Source of the DNA: Puniceicoccaceae bacterium
GTDB lineage: Bacteria; Verrucomicrobiota; Verrucomicrobiia; Opitutales; Oceanipulchritudinaceae
Length of the DNA: 64,000 nt
NCBI GenBank assembly: GCA_040830765.1
Contig: JBFOMH010000001.1
Coordinates: forward strand, 19,201 to 83,200
Reading direction: 5' to 3'
Made by a program: the position numbers and the translations under genes. The notes under the pieces were generated by a model that saw only the letters and a program-made list of their open reading frames with translations, was not told the DNA's origin and made no database searches. Positions 8,363 through 18,085 of this stretch are shown here, in pieces; positions within the stretch are counted from its first letter, which is position 1, and each line of letters opens with the position of its first letter.

Positions 8363-11320
8363 ATGAAAAGCAAACACCTGTTGACTGGGCTTAAGGCCCG
8401 GTGGAATGCGAACACTGCCCGGAAATGGGGGGCAATTGTATGTTGTATGGGATGCATTGGGCCAAGCACATTGTTGGCCCAGGAATCTGACAATGAAATG
8501 GCCGAGGAGGAAGTCTTCGAACTGGAGAGCTTCGAGGTAATCGGTCAGGAATTCAGCGCTTTCAAGGAAGCGATTGCCAACCAGCGGGAGGCCGGAAACA
8601 TCAAGACCGTAGTCGACTCCGGCGCCTTTGGTGACGTGACCGAAGGGAACATCGGTGAGTTCCTGAAATTCCTGCCTGGGGTCAGTGTTGACTACGTGGC
8701 GGCGGACATCCGTTCTGTTTCCGTCCGCGGATTGGCCTCTAACTTCACCCCGGTGATGATGGACGGCAATCGCATGGCCAGTGCTGCCTCATCAGAGTCC
8801 AGTCGGACCTTTGAGTTTGAGCAAGTTTCGCTGAACAATGTGGCTCGTATCGAAGTGACAAAGGTCCCCACCCCCGCCATGGAGGCGGATTCATTGGGTG
8901 GTTCCGTCAATATGGTCAGCCGGAATGCCTTTGAGGGAAAAGAGAAACTCGACTACCGGTTTTATTTCAATGTTCCCGAAGACTACATTAATCTAAGCAA
9001 GACGCCTGGACCTGGCTCCAAGTCGAGTTACAAGATCCGGCCGGGATTCGATTTCACGTATTCCAATCCGATTACGGAGGATTTTGGAATCGTGCTGAAC
9101 TACATGAACTCAGAAAGCTTCACTCCCCAGAAGTACTTCATCACCCAGTGGGATGTCCTTAGCAGTGAAGGCCAGGAGAATCCCTTCCTGCGGTATTTTA
9201 ACCTCCGTGATGGGCCCAAGATTTCCAACCGGGAAAGTCTCGGGCTCAAGTTGGATTGGCGGATTCTTCCCTCCAGCATCCTCTCCTTCGGACTCCAGTA
9301 CAATGAGTACTCGACCACCTTCTATAATCGCGAAATCCGTTGGGAAATCAGCGGCAGTGTCGTCAATCCGGACACCTATGGCCCGACCTTCACCATGCGG
9401 GATCCTGATTTGAATCCCAACTCCCGTTTCCGCCATCAGATGAATACCCGGGAAAAGGTCGGTGAAACGGTCCATGTTGACCTCGGTATGAAGCATTTCT
9501 GGGACAAGTGGGAACTCAGTTATGATGGTTACTATTCAAAGTCCACAAATGACTACGAGGATACTGACAACGGCATTTTCGAACGGGTTGTATTCCGGAC
9601 GGTAACTGGAGAGCTTCCTCTTGACGTGGCCTACCTTGATATTGGGAACAATGGTCCTGCAGAGGTCAGCACCACAGTCGGTGGCCAACCTTTCGACTCC
9701 TTCGTCCTGACCGATGACAACACAATGGAGTACGTCCGTTCGTCCCCGGAACAAGCCTCCGACGAAATCTATGGCGGAAAGTTCGACCTCAAGCGTTCCT
9801 TCACCCTGGCTGACAATCCGGCTGCCCTCCAGGTCGGTGCCCTTTACAGGAGCCAGGAGAGGAACATCGACCGTCAGCAGTATCGCTACGATCCGAATGG
9901 ATTCTACACCGTCAACACTCCCGGCAGTGCATCTTTCCTGGATGAAAATTACCTCGGCCAGAAACTTGCTTTTGGCTGGCCCGCTCCTGAATGGCCGGAC
10001 GCCAAGTCAGTCTATGAATACTTCCTCGACAACCCTGAGCAGTTCACCCTCCGCGAAGTGGATAGCGTCATCTACAATGCCGAAAACCTCCAGCGGGTTG
10101 AGGAGGAAGTCTCTGCCGCTTACCTCATGGGGACTTTCAACCTCATGGACAGTCGCCTCAAGATCATCACTGGTTTTCGTTACGAAAAGACCGACACCGA
10201 GGGTGAAGGATTCCTGTATGATGAAACCGTCATCTATGAGCTGAATGAGGATGGCAGTTTCAAGAAGAAGGTCGATTTCCTCCCCGACAATCCGCAGAAC
10301 CGGATTCTCAAGCCGGAATTCGAAGGCAGCAGCACAGATCCGACTGTCATCGCCAACCGCATCCGGGCTCAATACGCTGGACGCCGGACCACCACGAACA
10401 GCTATGACGGGTATTACCCCAGCCTGCACACGACCTACCTGATTACCGACAATCTCCAGGCCCGGTTCAGCTATGCCAAAACTCTTGGCCGGCCCGACAT
10501 CGATGACTTGGCCCCCGGAATCCGGTATAATGCGGTTGCTTCACCTGATGAAGAAGGTGAAGACCGCTACACGGTCATTGTCAGTAATCCGGCCCTCGAA
10601 TCGTATTCCAGTGACAATTATGATGTCTCCCTGGAATATTACTTTGCCTCCGGCGGTGTAGCTTCCGTGGGCCTCTTCCACAAGAAAATTACCGGATTCA
10701 TCGACACCCGCACCACGCTACTGACCGATGAACTGGCCGAGACCCTCGGTGTTGACCCCGTCTATGTTGACCTCGGCTGGCAGGTGGAAACAACCGTCAA
10801 TGCCGGTGATGTCACTATCAAGGGCTACGAGCTGTCTCTGATCCAGGAACTGAAGTCCATCTGGGAGCCCCTCGACGGGTTTTCCGTCTTTGCCAATGCC
10901 ACTGCCCTTTCCACTACCGGTGATTATGGGAGCGATCAGGATCAATTGGTCAGCACTTATGTACCGGGATTCGTCAAGCAGACAGGCAACTGGGGTATCA
11001 CCTACGACAAAGGCCCATGGGATATCCGCTTGAAGTGGAACTACCGGGGCAAGCAAATGCGCGACTCCGGAACCATTCGGGGGACTTTTTCCGCTGACGG
11101 CTCGGTCTGGAACCGGTTCTATGATGAGCGCCTGACCACCGATATTAACCTTGAGTACAAATTCTCCGACTATGTACGGTTGTTCCTCAACGGCCGGAAC
11201 ATCTTCAATGTCACGACCGACCAGCTCCGGGTCGGAGTCGATACACCCGGCTACGCTTACCTTGAACGGCGTGAGCAGTTTGGAGCGCTGTGGAGTATCG
11301 GAATCAAGGGAACATACTGA
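8363..11320 (+). CDS. TonB-dependent outer-membrane receptor (Opitutae type)
   Basis: Signal peptide, TonB-box-like EEVFELESFEV, plug (NIGEFLKFLPGV, SVRG, IEVTK...SLGGSVN), barrel ending GIKGTY. Confidence 0.93.
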   Translation: MKSKHLLTGLKARWNANTARKWGAIVCCMGCIGPSTLLAQESDNEMAEEEVFELESFEVIGQEFSAFKEAIANQREAGNIKTVVDSGAFGDVTEGNIGEFLKFLPGVSVDYVAADIRSVSVRGLASNFTPVMMDGNRMASAASSESSRTFEFEQVSLNNVARIEVTKVPTPAMEADSLGGSVNMVSRNAFEGKEKLDYRFYFNVPEDYINLSKTPGPGSKSSYKIRPGFDFTYSNPITEDFGIVLNYMNSESFTPQKYFITQWDVLSSEGQENPFLRYFNLRDGPKISNRESLGLKLDWRILPSSILSFGLQYNEYSTTFYNREIRWEISGSVVNPDTYGPTFTMRDPDLNPNSRFRHQMNTREKVGETVHVDLGMKHFWDKWELSYDGYYSKSTNDYEDTDNGIFERVVFRTVTGELPLDVAYLDIGNNGPAEVSTTVGGQPFDSFVLTDDNTMEYVRSSPEQASDEIYGGKFDLKRSFTLADNPAALQVGALYRSQERNIDRQQYRYDPNGFYTVNTPGSASFLDENYLGQKLAFGWPAPEWPDAKSVYEYFLDNPEQFTLREVDSVIYNAENLQRVEEEVSAAYLMGTFNLMDSRLKIITGFRYEKTDTEGEGFLYDETVIYELNEDGSFKKKVDFLPDNPQNRILKPEFEGSSTDPTVIANRIRAQYAGRRTTTNSYDGYYPSLHTTYLITDNLQARFSYAKTLGRPDIDDLAPGIRYNAVASPDEEGEDRYTVIVSNPALESYSSDNYDVSLEYYFASGGVASVGLFHKKITGFIDTRTTLLTDELAETLGVDPVYVDLGWQVETTVNAGDVTIKGYELSLIQELKSIWEPLDGFSVFANATALSTTGDYGSDQDQLVSTYVPGFVKQTGNWGITYDKGPWDIRLKWNYRGKQMRDSGTIRGTFSADGSVWNRFYDERLTTDINLEYKFSDYVRLFLNGRNIFNVTTDQLRVGVDTPGYAYLERREQFGALWSIGIKGTY

Positions 11321-11369
11321 GTCCTGCTCTGACTATTTATATTAACTATTCAAACCATCCTATTACCAA

Positions 11370-12494
11370 ATGAAAAAATACCTTACATTCATTATTGCCG
11401 CCCCCATCCTTTGTGGCTCCCTTTCAGCTGAAGTCGTTCGCTTGTATGACAGCTTCGTGGAACCGGGAACGACCGGATTCAGCTTCATCAAGGAAGGAAC
11501 GAATTTTGGTACCACCTGGGGTGCCTTGATTACGCCGGAAACACCCATGGACGGGCATATTGCCGGTTTCCGCCTCTGGAGTGCCGAGTTTGGCAGTTAT
11601 TCCCGGGCCGATGCCTCTCTGCGCCTGGGCGCCGATATTCAGGAAGCCTTCCGCTTTTCCTGGAAGGCCCATAACCAGAACTATTACTGGGTGACCAGCG
11701 GTAAGCGCAAAGTCGCCCTGCGGGCCGCCAACCAGAGCATTGAGGAAACTGTCATCAATTCCAGTTCCGCCAATTACCAGAATCTCGTTGAAATGTTCGC
11801 CGACGGGACCGTCGGTGGCGCCTGGACCCGCCTTGAGGACGGTAGCGGGGCTGGTAGTTACGTGACCGATCCGGGAGGTGGCGAAGGCCCCGATCCGGTG
11901 CCTCTCTCAACACACAAGTTCGACCTCGTGGTCAATGCCTCCAGTACCGAAAACTACACCTACGTCCTCAAGGGCGTCGAGCGCACCCTGCACCCGATGC
12001 GCATTGACCTCTTTATCGATGATATCCTGGTGACTCCGGCGGAGAATCCGAATGGCTCCTATTACGAAATCAAGAGCGGCTTTGATCCAATGGCCGGTTT
12101 CGGGACCTTCTCCTTTACCACGGCTACATCCGGACACTCCCAAACGGACTTTGTCCTTGATGAAATCTACCTCTACACAGGAGATGATGTGGAAGACGGG
12201 ACAACCGCCACACCCATGCCAATCGACTATCTATTGGCCACTTCCTACCCGTGGGGCTTTGACTGGTATTACAATGGTCTCCTGCAGAGCTTCTGGTGCA
12301 CCGGCGAGAGCAACTGGATCTACACCCGCAGCGGATGGTTCTATACCGGTTATGCGGATGACGATGCGCTCTACTTTTACCGGTTTGTTGAGAATGACTG
12401 GCTCTATGTTCCGTCAGTGTCCCCGAATTACGTCTATATCTATGGCGCAGACTGGCACTACTGGACACCGGAAGGCGAATTCCTGAAGATTTAA
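11370..12494 (+). CDS. Secreted hypothetical protein with Trp/Tyr-rich C-terminal domain
   Basis: Signal peptide MKKYLTFIIAAPILCGSLSA; aromatic-rich tail from about 12231. Confidence 0.8.
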   Translation: MKKYLTFIIAAPILCGSLSAEVVRLYDSFVEPGTTGFSFIKEGTNFGTTWGALITPETPMDGHIAGFRLWSAEFGSYSRADASLRLGADIQEAFRFSWKAHNQNYYWVTSGKRKVALRAANQSIEETVINSSSANYQNLVEMFADGTVGGAWTRLEDGSGAGSYVTDPGGGEGPDPVPLSTHKFDLVVNASSTENYTYVLKGVERTLHPMRIDLFIDDILVTPAENPNGSYYEIKSGFDPMAGFGTFSFTTATSGHSQTDFVLDEIYLYTGDDVEDGTTATPMPIDYLLATSYPWGFDWYYNGLLQSFWCTGESNWIYTRSGWFYTGYADDDALYFYRFVENDWLYVPSVSPNYVYIYGADWHYWTPEGEFLKI

Positions 12495-12533
12495 TCTGGT
12501 TAGTCAAAACCACCGTAGAAAGTTGTTTCCCCT

Positions 12534-14351
12534 ATGAAACATACGCGGGCCCTGTGCCTTTTTCTTCTTCTGCTGGCCACAACCTCCCTTCTCCAGGGAG
12601 CTCCCCTCGCCTTTCCGGGCGCGGAGGGCTTTGGCAAGGATGTCACCGGTGGCCGGGGCGGCGTGGTCATAGAGGTCACCAACCTTAACGACACTGGCCC
12701 GGGTTCCCTGCGGGCGGCTATCCAGGCCAGCGGGCCCCGGACAGTGGTCTTCCGCGTTTCGGGAACGATTTATCTCAACAGCACCCTGACCATCCGCAAT
12801 GGCGATCTGACTATTGCCGGACAGACCGCACCTGGAGATGGTATAACCATCGCCAGGCGTGGCCTCAAGATCGACAAGGCCAGGAACGTTATCATTCGGT
12901 TCATCCGGGCCCGTCTTGGAGACCTCTATCCCCGCGACAACAATCTGGCCACCTTTGAGTCCGATGCTTTTGAGTGTCGTTACGCAACCGGAATCATCAT
13001 CGACCACTGCAGTTTTTCATGGAGTATCGATGAAACCGCTACAGCTTACAATAACAAGGACTTCACGATGCAATGGTGCATCGTATCCGAGGCCCTCAAC
13101 AATTCCTACCACAGCAAGGGTTCCCACGGTTACGGGGGCATCTGGGGCGGGAAAAACGCCACCTTCCACCATAACCTCATAGCTCATCACCGCAGTCGCC
13201 TGCCCCGCTTCAATGGCGCCCGCTACGACGACTATGCGGCATGGGGGGATGGCGAGGTGGACCACCGGCACAATGTCATCTACAACTGGGCCGATAACAG
13301 TGCTTACGGGGCTGAGCCAAACAAGAGTGGGTTCAAGGCGAAGTACAATATCGTTGGCAATGTCTACAAGCCCGGTCCGGCAACCCGAAGCTCCCGGGTC
13401 GATCGTATACTCGAAGTGTATCCGGATCCCCAGTCCGGTGCGGTCAGCTCCTTCAACGTCGAGGGGAACTACGTCTTCGGCACCCTGAACACCTCCCGCG
13501 ACAACTGGATTGGTGTCGACAACATCCCGCCGGGTGAATTGCCGGCAGCCAAATCCGACGAACCTTTCCCGATGCCGGATGTCGAATATTTCCCGGCCCT
13601 TGAAGCGTATCAGCAAGTTCTCACACATGCCGGGGCCAGCTTCCCGAAACGGGACAGTATCGACAATCGCATCATCGAGGAAGTCCGGACCGGAACGGCC
13701 ACCTACGGCAACAATGGGCTCATCGACTCGCAAGACGAAGTCGGAGGCTACCCTGTCCTTGAGTCCCTACCGGCACCTGTCGATACCGACAAGGATGGCA
13801 TGCCGGACGACTGGGAAAGCGACCATGGCCTCAATCCGGACGATCCTTCGGATCGCAACGGTGACCTCGACGGCAATGGCTACACCAATCTTGAGGAATA
13901 CTTGAATGGCTTGGTCGAGGACTTTTTCAGTTACGGGGAGGTCCTGACCTATGATGCGTGGAGCGATTGGGGCATTTGGGACCCGGTTCTTCCAAAAGGA
14001 AGGGAAGAAGATGCAGACGGTGACGCCGTCGACAACTTTCACGAGTTCACCTTTACAGGTGATGTCCTGACCCCCGACTTCGAGAAGGTCTTCCCGGTCT
14101 TTGATGCCGATACGGTGCTGAACCTTTATTACCGCCGCGGAACAAATCTGGACTACGCGATCCAGTCTTCACCGGATCTCACCAGCTGGACCACCGAATG
14201 GACCTCTGGAGACGACCCCTCCCATCCAAGGATTGAATCGTTCAGTTGGGGTTTCCATACCGACCAGCTGACCTGGCAGGCCGGATTGGAAGAGGGACAA
14301 TCGGTCCTGTTTTGGCGCATCAAGGTAACGGAATCACCCCCGGCCCTGTGA
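12534..14351 (+). CDS. Pectate lyase-like polysaccharide lyase (PL1-type) with Ca-binding repeat and verrucomicrobial C-terminal domain
   Basis: AFPGAEGFG...GGRGG, GPGSLRAA, IAGQTAPGDG, IIDHCSFSWSIDE, HRSRLPR, DTDKDGMPDDWE. Confidence 0.88.
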   Translation: MKHTRALCLFLLLLATTSLLQGAPLAFPGAEGFGKDVTGGRGGVVIEVTNLNDTGPGSLRAAIQASGPRTVVFRVSGTIYLNSTLTIRNGDLTIAGQTAPGDGITIARRGLKIDKARNVIIRFIRARLGDLYPRDNNLATFESDAFECRYATGIIIDHCSFSWSIDETATAYNNKDFTMQWCIVSEALNNSYHSKGSHGYGGIWGGKNATFHHNLIAHHRSRLPRFNGARYDDYAAWGDGEVDHRHNVIYNWADNSAYGAEPNKSGFKAKYNIVGNVYKPGPATRSSRVDRILEVYPDPQSGAVSSFNVEGNYVFGTLNTSRDNWIGVDNIPPGELPAAKSDEPFPMPDVEYFPALEAYQQVLTHAGASFPKRDSIDNRIIEEVRTGTATYGNNGLIDSQDEVGGYPVLESLPAPVDTDKDGMPDDWESDHGLNPDDPSDRNGDLDGNGYTNLEEYLNGLVEDFFSYGEVLTYDAWSDWGIWDPVLPKGREEDADGDAVDNFHEFTFTGDVLTPDFEKVFPVFDADTVLNLYYRRGTNLDYAIQSSPDLTSWTTEWTSGDDPSHPRIESFSWGFHTDQLTWQAGLEEGQSVLFWRIKVTESPPAL

Positions 14352-14413
14352 TCCGGATGGTCCACGGCAATTTTAAATTGCCAATTTAGGGCTCAGGATG
14401 TCCCATCAGCACC

Positions 14414-15574
14414 ATGCTCAATATTGCCCTCTTCGGCCCGCCAGGCGCGGGTAAAGGAACCCAGTCGGAACGGCTGATCAAGGAATTCAATCTCTTCTAC
14501 ATTTCCACAGGTGACCTTCTGCGAAAGGAACTCGCGGAAGGGACCCCGCTCGGGGAGCAGGCCAGGGAAATCATCGCCTCCGGGGATCTCGTCTCCGATG
14601 AGATCATCGTCCAGATTATCGAGAAAACGATTGCCGAAAACACCCAGGCCAACGGTTTCCTCTTTGACGGCTTTCCGCGGACAACCATCCAGGCCTACAT
14701 CCTCGAAGGGCTGATGATCAAGCTGAACACCTCCCTCACCTGCTTGATTGACCTGCATGTGCCGGAGGAGGTCTCCATCGAGCGACTGCTCAATCGGGGA
14801 AAGACATCCGGGCGCAGCGACGATAACGAGGAAGTCATTCGCAACCGTCTCAGGGAATACCGGGAAAAAACCCTGCCCGTCCTCCAGTTCTACAAGGACA
14901 AGGGGGTCAGCTTCGAGGTCGATGCCACCCAGTCCATTGACAAAGTGCACCACGACGTGCTGGAAATCATCCGCCAGGAACAGAACAAGCGGCTCTCCAA
15001 TATCGTTATCTTCGGCCACCCGGGTTCCGGTCGGGGCTCCCAAGGCAAGGCCATCGCTGAGAAGTTTGGTCTCGAATATGTGGCCACCGGACCCATGCTG
15101 CAGGAAGAGATTGAGGCCGGAACGGAGTTGGGGGCAAGGATCGAAGCCCTCTACGCCAGTGGGGAACTTGTCCCCGACGAAATTGTCGTGCCCTTGATTG
15201 AAAAACGTCTTGAGAATGCTGCCAACGTACGGGGTTTTATCTTCAAGGGCTTTCCCCGCACCCTCGTCCAGTCCTACATCCTCGAAGGCCTCTTGCGCAA
15301 GCACGACGCCTCCATCTCAAAGGTCATCGAAATCGAGGTGCCGACCCTTGAACTGATTCGCCGGCTCGATGAGCGCAGCAAGACCGACCGTTGCATGCCC
15401 TACGACTCCAGCACAGCGAAGATCGTCAAGCGCCTGCACGAGCACGAGGAAAAGACCGTTCCCGTGATCGAGAAATACAACCAGTTGCATGAGGTCTCCA
15501 AGGTGGACGGCATGGCTCCTTTCGATGTCGTCTTCGATCGCATCGTCGACATCATTGAGCCGAAGGAGCTGTAG
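14414..15574 (+). CDS. adk: Adenylate kinase with two tandem AK domains
   Basis: Domain 1 GPPGAGKGTQ/STGDLLR/DGFPRT/RSDD; domain 2 GHPGSGRGSQ/ATGPMLQ/KGFPRT. Confidence 0.88.
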   Translation: MLNIALFGPPGAGKGTQSERLIKEFNLFYISTGDLLRKELAEGTPLGEQAREIIASGDLVSDEIIVQIIEKTIAENTQANGFLFDGFPRTTIQAYILEGLMIKLNTSLTCLIDLHVPEEVSIERLLNRGKTSGRSDDNEEVIRNRLREYREKTLPVLQFYKDKGVSFEVDATQSIDKVHHDVLEIIRQEQNKRLSNIVIFGHPGSGRGSQGKAIAEKFGLEYVATGPMLQEEIEAGTELGARIEALYASGELVPDEIVVPLIEKRLENAANVRGFIFKGFPRTLVQSYILEGLLRKHDASISKVIEIEVPTLELIRRLDERSKTDRCMPYDSSTAKIVKRLHEHEEKTVPVIEKYNQLHEVSKVDGMAPFDVVFDRIVDIIEPKEL

Positions 15575-15585
15575 GGGGAATAGAC

Positions 15586-16665
15586 TCAGGTGCCAAGGTA
15601 CACCCAGGCTCCACTGGTGCTGACGTTTTCGCCGGGACAGAATATCCACTTGCCCAAGGAGACCGACCAGATCCACGGATCATTTTCCGCCCAGATCCAA
15701 CCAAGCCAGGGCGTGGTGTCGCAATAGCCATCTGGCCGGACCTCGTAGGGCCCAAACATGGTCGACGTGTTGAAGTTGATGGCCTCCTGCAATTCGTATC
15801 CGAGATCAAGTACCCAGTATTCGCCACACAGACCCAGTCCAACGGCTTTGATATCGGGATTTAGCAAAACCTCATTTTGCGGGGCACTGCTCACCCATGC
15901 CTGGAAAACGGAATCCACCGATGAAAATCCGAAGGCCAGAAGCTCAATGTTTAAAAAGTTATACCCAAATGCCTGGATGCGTTCATTACTGTCCCGTCCA
16001 AGGGAGTCGGTGCGGGAGAAATTCCCTGAAGACAGGATGTCATCCGCCATCCAGCGAGCGGATTCCAATAAAATGGAATCCCCTCCCACTGGATCGACAT
16101 TGTTCGATTCGCGGTGCTCGTTCAACAAGTTGACCAGCTGCTCCAGCTCCGCAAGCCCCGTCGGGTCTGGAATACTGACGAAATCGATCGTGTCCTGCAG
16201 GGTGTAGCCCAAATCCAGCACCCAGTAGGTTCCCGCCTTTCCCAATCCGATGGTCGCGATTTCCGGGCTCAACAGGACCGCATTGTGCTCGGTGCTTTCT
16301 ATCCATGCATCCAGAACATCGGAGACGACATTATACCCGAAGGCGAGCAGTTCAATACTGGTATGGTTGTAGCCGAATGCCTGGATCCGTTCCGCACTAT
16401 CCCGTTCCAGGGAATCTATGCGCGAAAAATTGCCTGAAACAAGAATATCCTCGGCCATCCATTGCGCTGAGGTTATCAAGTTTTCATCCCCACTCACAGG
16501 AGCCTGGCTGTTTGCTTCCCGGTGTTCATTCAACAACTGGATGAATGTTTCCAGTTGCTGGTAGTCCGGTCCTGAAATGTCCGCAATCATTCCAAGCGGG
16601 AAGTTTGCAATCGCGGCAAGAAGCAAATTTAACCTTACCAGCTTGTGGATTTGGAACTGTCGCAT
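15586..16665 (-). CDS. Secreted protein with two tandem CAP (SCP/PR-1)-like domains and the 57-aa W-rich C-terminal domain
   Basis: Two ~135-aa repeats LLNEHRE...SAxWMAxDIL.SGNFSR.DSL.RDS.ERIQAFGY...AW..S...LL.P....GLG...YWVLDLG; start uncertain (16665 or 16686). Confidence 0.82.
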   Translation of the reverse strand: MRQFQIHKLVRLNLLLAAIANFPLGMIADISGPDYQQLETFIQLLNEHREANSQAPVSGDENLITSAQWMAEDILVSGNFSRIDSLERDSAERIQAFGYNHTSIELLAFGYNVVSDVLDAWIESTEHNAVLLSPEIATIGLGKAGTYWVLDLGYTLQDTIDFVSIPDPTGLAELEQLVNLLNEHRESNNVDPVGGDSILLESARWMADDILSSGNFSRTDSLGRDSNERIQAFGYNFLNIELLAFGFSSVDSVFQAWVSSAPQNEVLLNPDIKAVGLGLCGEYWVLDLGYELQEAINFNTSTMFGPYEVRPDGYCDTTPWLGWIWAENDPWIWSVSLGKWIFCPGENVSTSGAWVYLGT

Positions 16666-16869
16666 CGGTACCTTTCTTCGGTTCAAAACGGCGCATATAA
16701 GCGTTTAGTATTACCTGTATAAACTTTCCTAATCGATTTGTGGCAAAAGTCCAGCCAGAGATGGCCTGACGACTGCCAGACGTTTGCTTGTGTTGGTAAA
16801 AACCTGATTGGCCGAACAGTGGAAGATGAAACACTTGCCACAGGAATCTAAATGCCTCATGAGGAGCAG

Positions 16870-17331
16870 ATGAAGATTGAAGGACTGCGCAGTGGATATG
16901 TGAAGGTCGGGGGAATGTTCCATTTTGCCCGCATGTGTGACAAAATCCGGCTCCATTCTGAAGGAAAGTTGCCGGAAGATTATCATTCGCTGCTGGGTGA
17001 TGGCTTCGATGGACGTGTGGTAAAGTTCTTCCGGGTCCCTTATGACAAGGTACGCGAGCTGGTCCTTTCCGGGCAATCTGATGAAGATGTCTTTGCCTGG
17101 TGCCAGGCCAACGGGCGGCATCTCTCGGAAGAGGACTTGCTCATCTTCAACAGCTTCATGTCCAAGCGCGGATGGCGGGATGAGCAGGAATTCGGACACA
17201 ATCAACAGGTGCGCAAGGAATACGGACTGGCCGACAATCCCGACATCCAGACCGACTTTGACCTGATTGAAGCGGACGAGGGGCGCCCACTGGATGCATG
17301 GAAGGACGCCTGGCGACCAGCTTCGGAATGA
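16870..17331 (+). CDS. DUF5069-like protein
   Basis: LRSGYVKVGGMFHFARMCDKIRLH..GKLPEDY...GFDG...FDLIEADEGR; GAGGAG precedes ATG 16870. Confidence 0.75.
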   Translation: MKIEGLRSGYVKVGGMFHFARMCDKIRLHSEGKLPEDYHSLLGDGFDGRVVKFFRVPYDKVRELVLSGQSDEDVFAWCQANGRHLSEEDLLIFNSFMSKRGWRDEQEFGHNQQVRKEYGLADNPDIQTDFDLIEADEGRPLDAWKDAWRPASE

Positions 17332-17335
17332 ATCC

Positions 17336-18085
17336 ATGCTTTTTTGGAACGGTAACAAATCACCTGTCCGGCAGCGCTATGAAAGCGAACTGCTACAGGC
17401 GATCCTTGATGCGTCCAGTCCGGTCTACGGTCCACTCGTCTTAAGCGAGGATCGGACGGACTATCCGCAGGCGGAGGACGAGGCGGATATCTTCAATAAA
17501 GGGGCAGATGTCACCGTGACGGTTGCCGGTAATCCGAAGTTCGCGGACCGGGACAAGTTGGTCATCGACCAGCCCATTGCCAAGGGAGTTTTGGGACAGC
17601 GGGTATTGATTATCCGGGAAGCTGACCAGGACGACTTTGCCGGTATCCACGAAGAGGCGGAATTGAAGGCCAAGGTGAGCGGCATTCCTGACACATGGGC
17701 CGATGTCGCCATCTTCGAAGCCAATGGCTATGCTGTGACGGAACGGGGTACGTTTGAGGACATCTTCCAGCGCCTCCGGCAGGGGCAGTTTGATTACGTC
17801 GCTCTTGGGGCTTTTGAGGTTAAGGATGTCTTCCAGTCAATGGCCCGAAGGGTTGGAGGCCTGGCTATTGAGAATTCCTTGATGCTGCAATACCCCATGC
17901 CGCTGGTCTTTTACGTGCACCCGGAGCGGGAGGAACTGGCCCACCGGATCATCGCTGGTCTGACCACGATTCAACGGAATGGCGTCCTGGATGCCCTTTT
18001 TACCTCCCACTTTGGCAAGGTTCTGCAAGACCTCTCTCTCGATCGCCGGACAGTTTTCCAACTACTTAATCCGCTTATTTCTTGA
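17336..18085 (+). CDS. Type II periplasmic-binding-fold protein (amino-acid ABC substrate-binding-like), no signal peptide
   Basis: PIAKGVLGQR, WADVAIF..NG, RL..GQFDY..LG..E, LQYPMPLVFYV, GL..I...G.LD.LF..HFG; start uncertain. Confidence 0.65.
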   Translation: MLFWNGNKSPVRQRYESELLQAILDASSPVYGPLVLSEDRTDYPQAEDEADIFNKGADVTVTVAGNPKFADRDKLVIDQPIAKGVLGQRVLIIREADQDDFAGIHEEAELKAKVSGIPDTWADVAIFEANGYAVTERGTFEDIFQRLRQGQFDYVALGAFEVKDVFQSMARRVGGLAIENSLMLQYPMPLVFYVHPEREELAHRIIAGLTTIQRNGVLDALFTSHFGKVLQDLSLDRRTVFQLLNPLIS

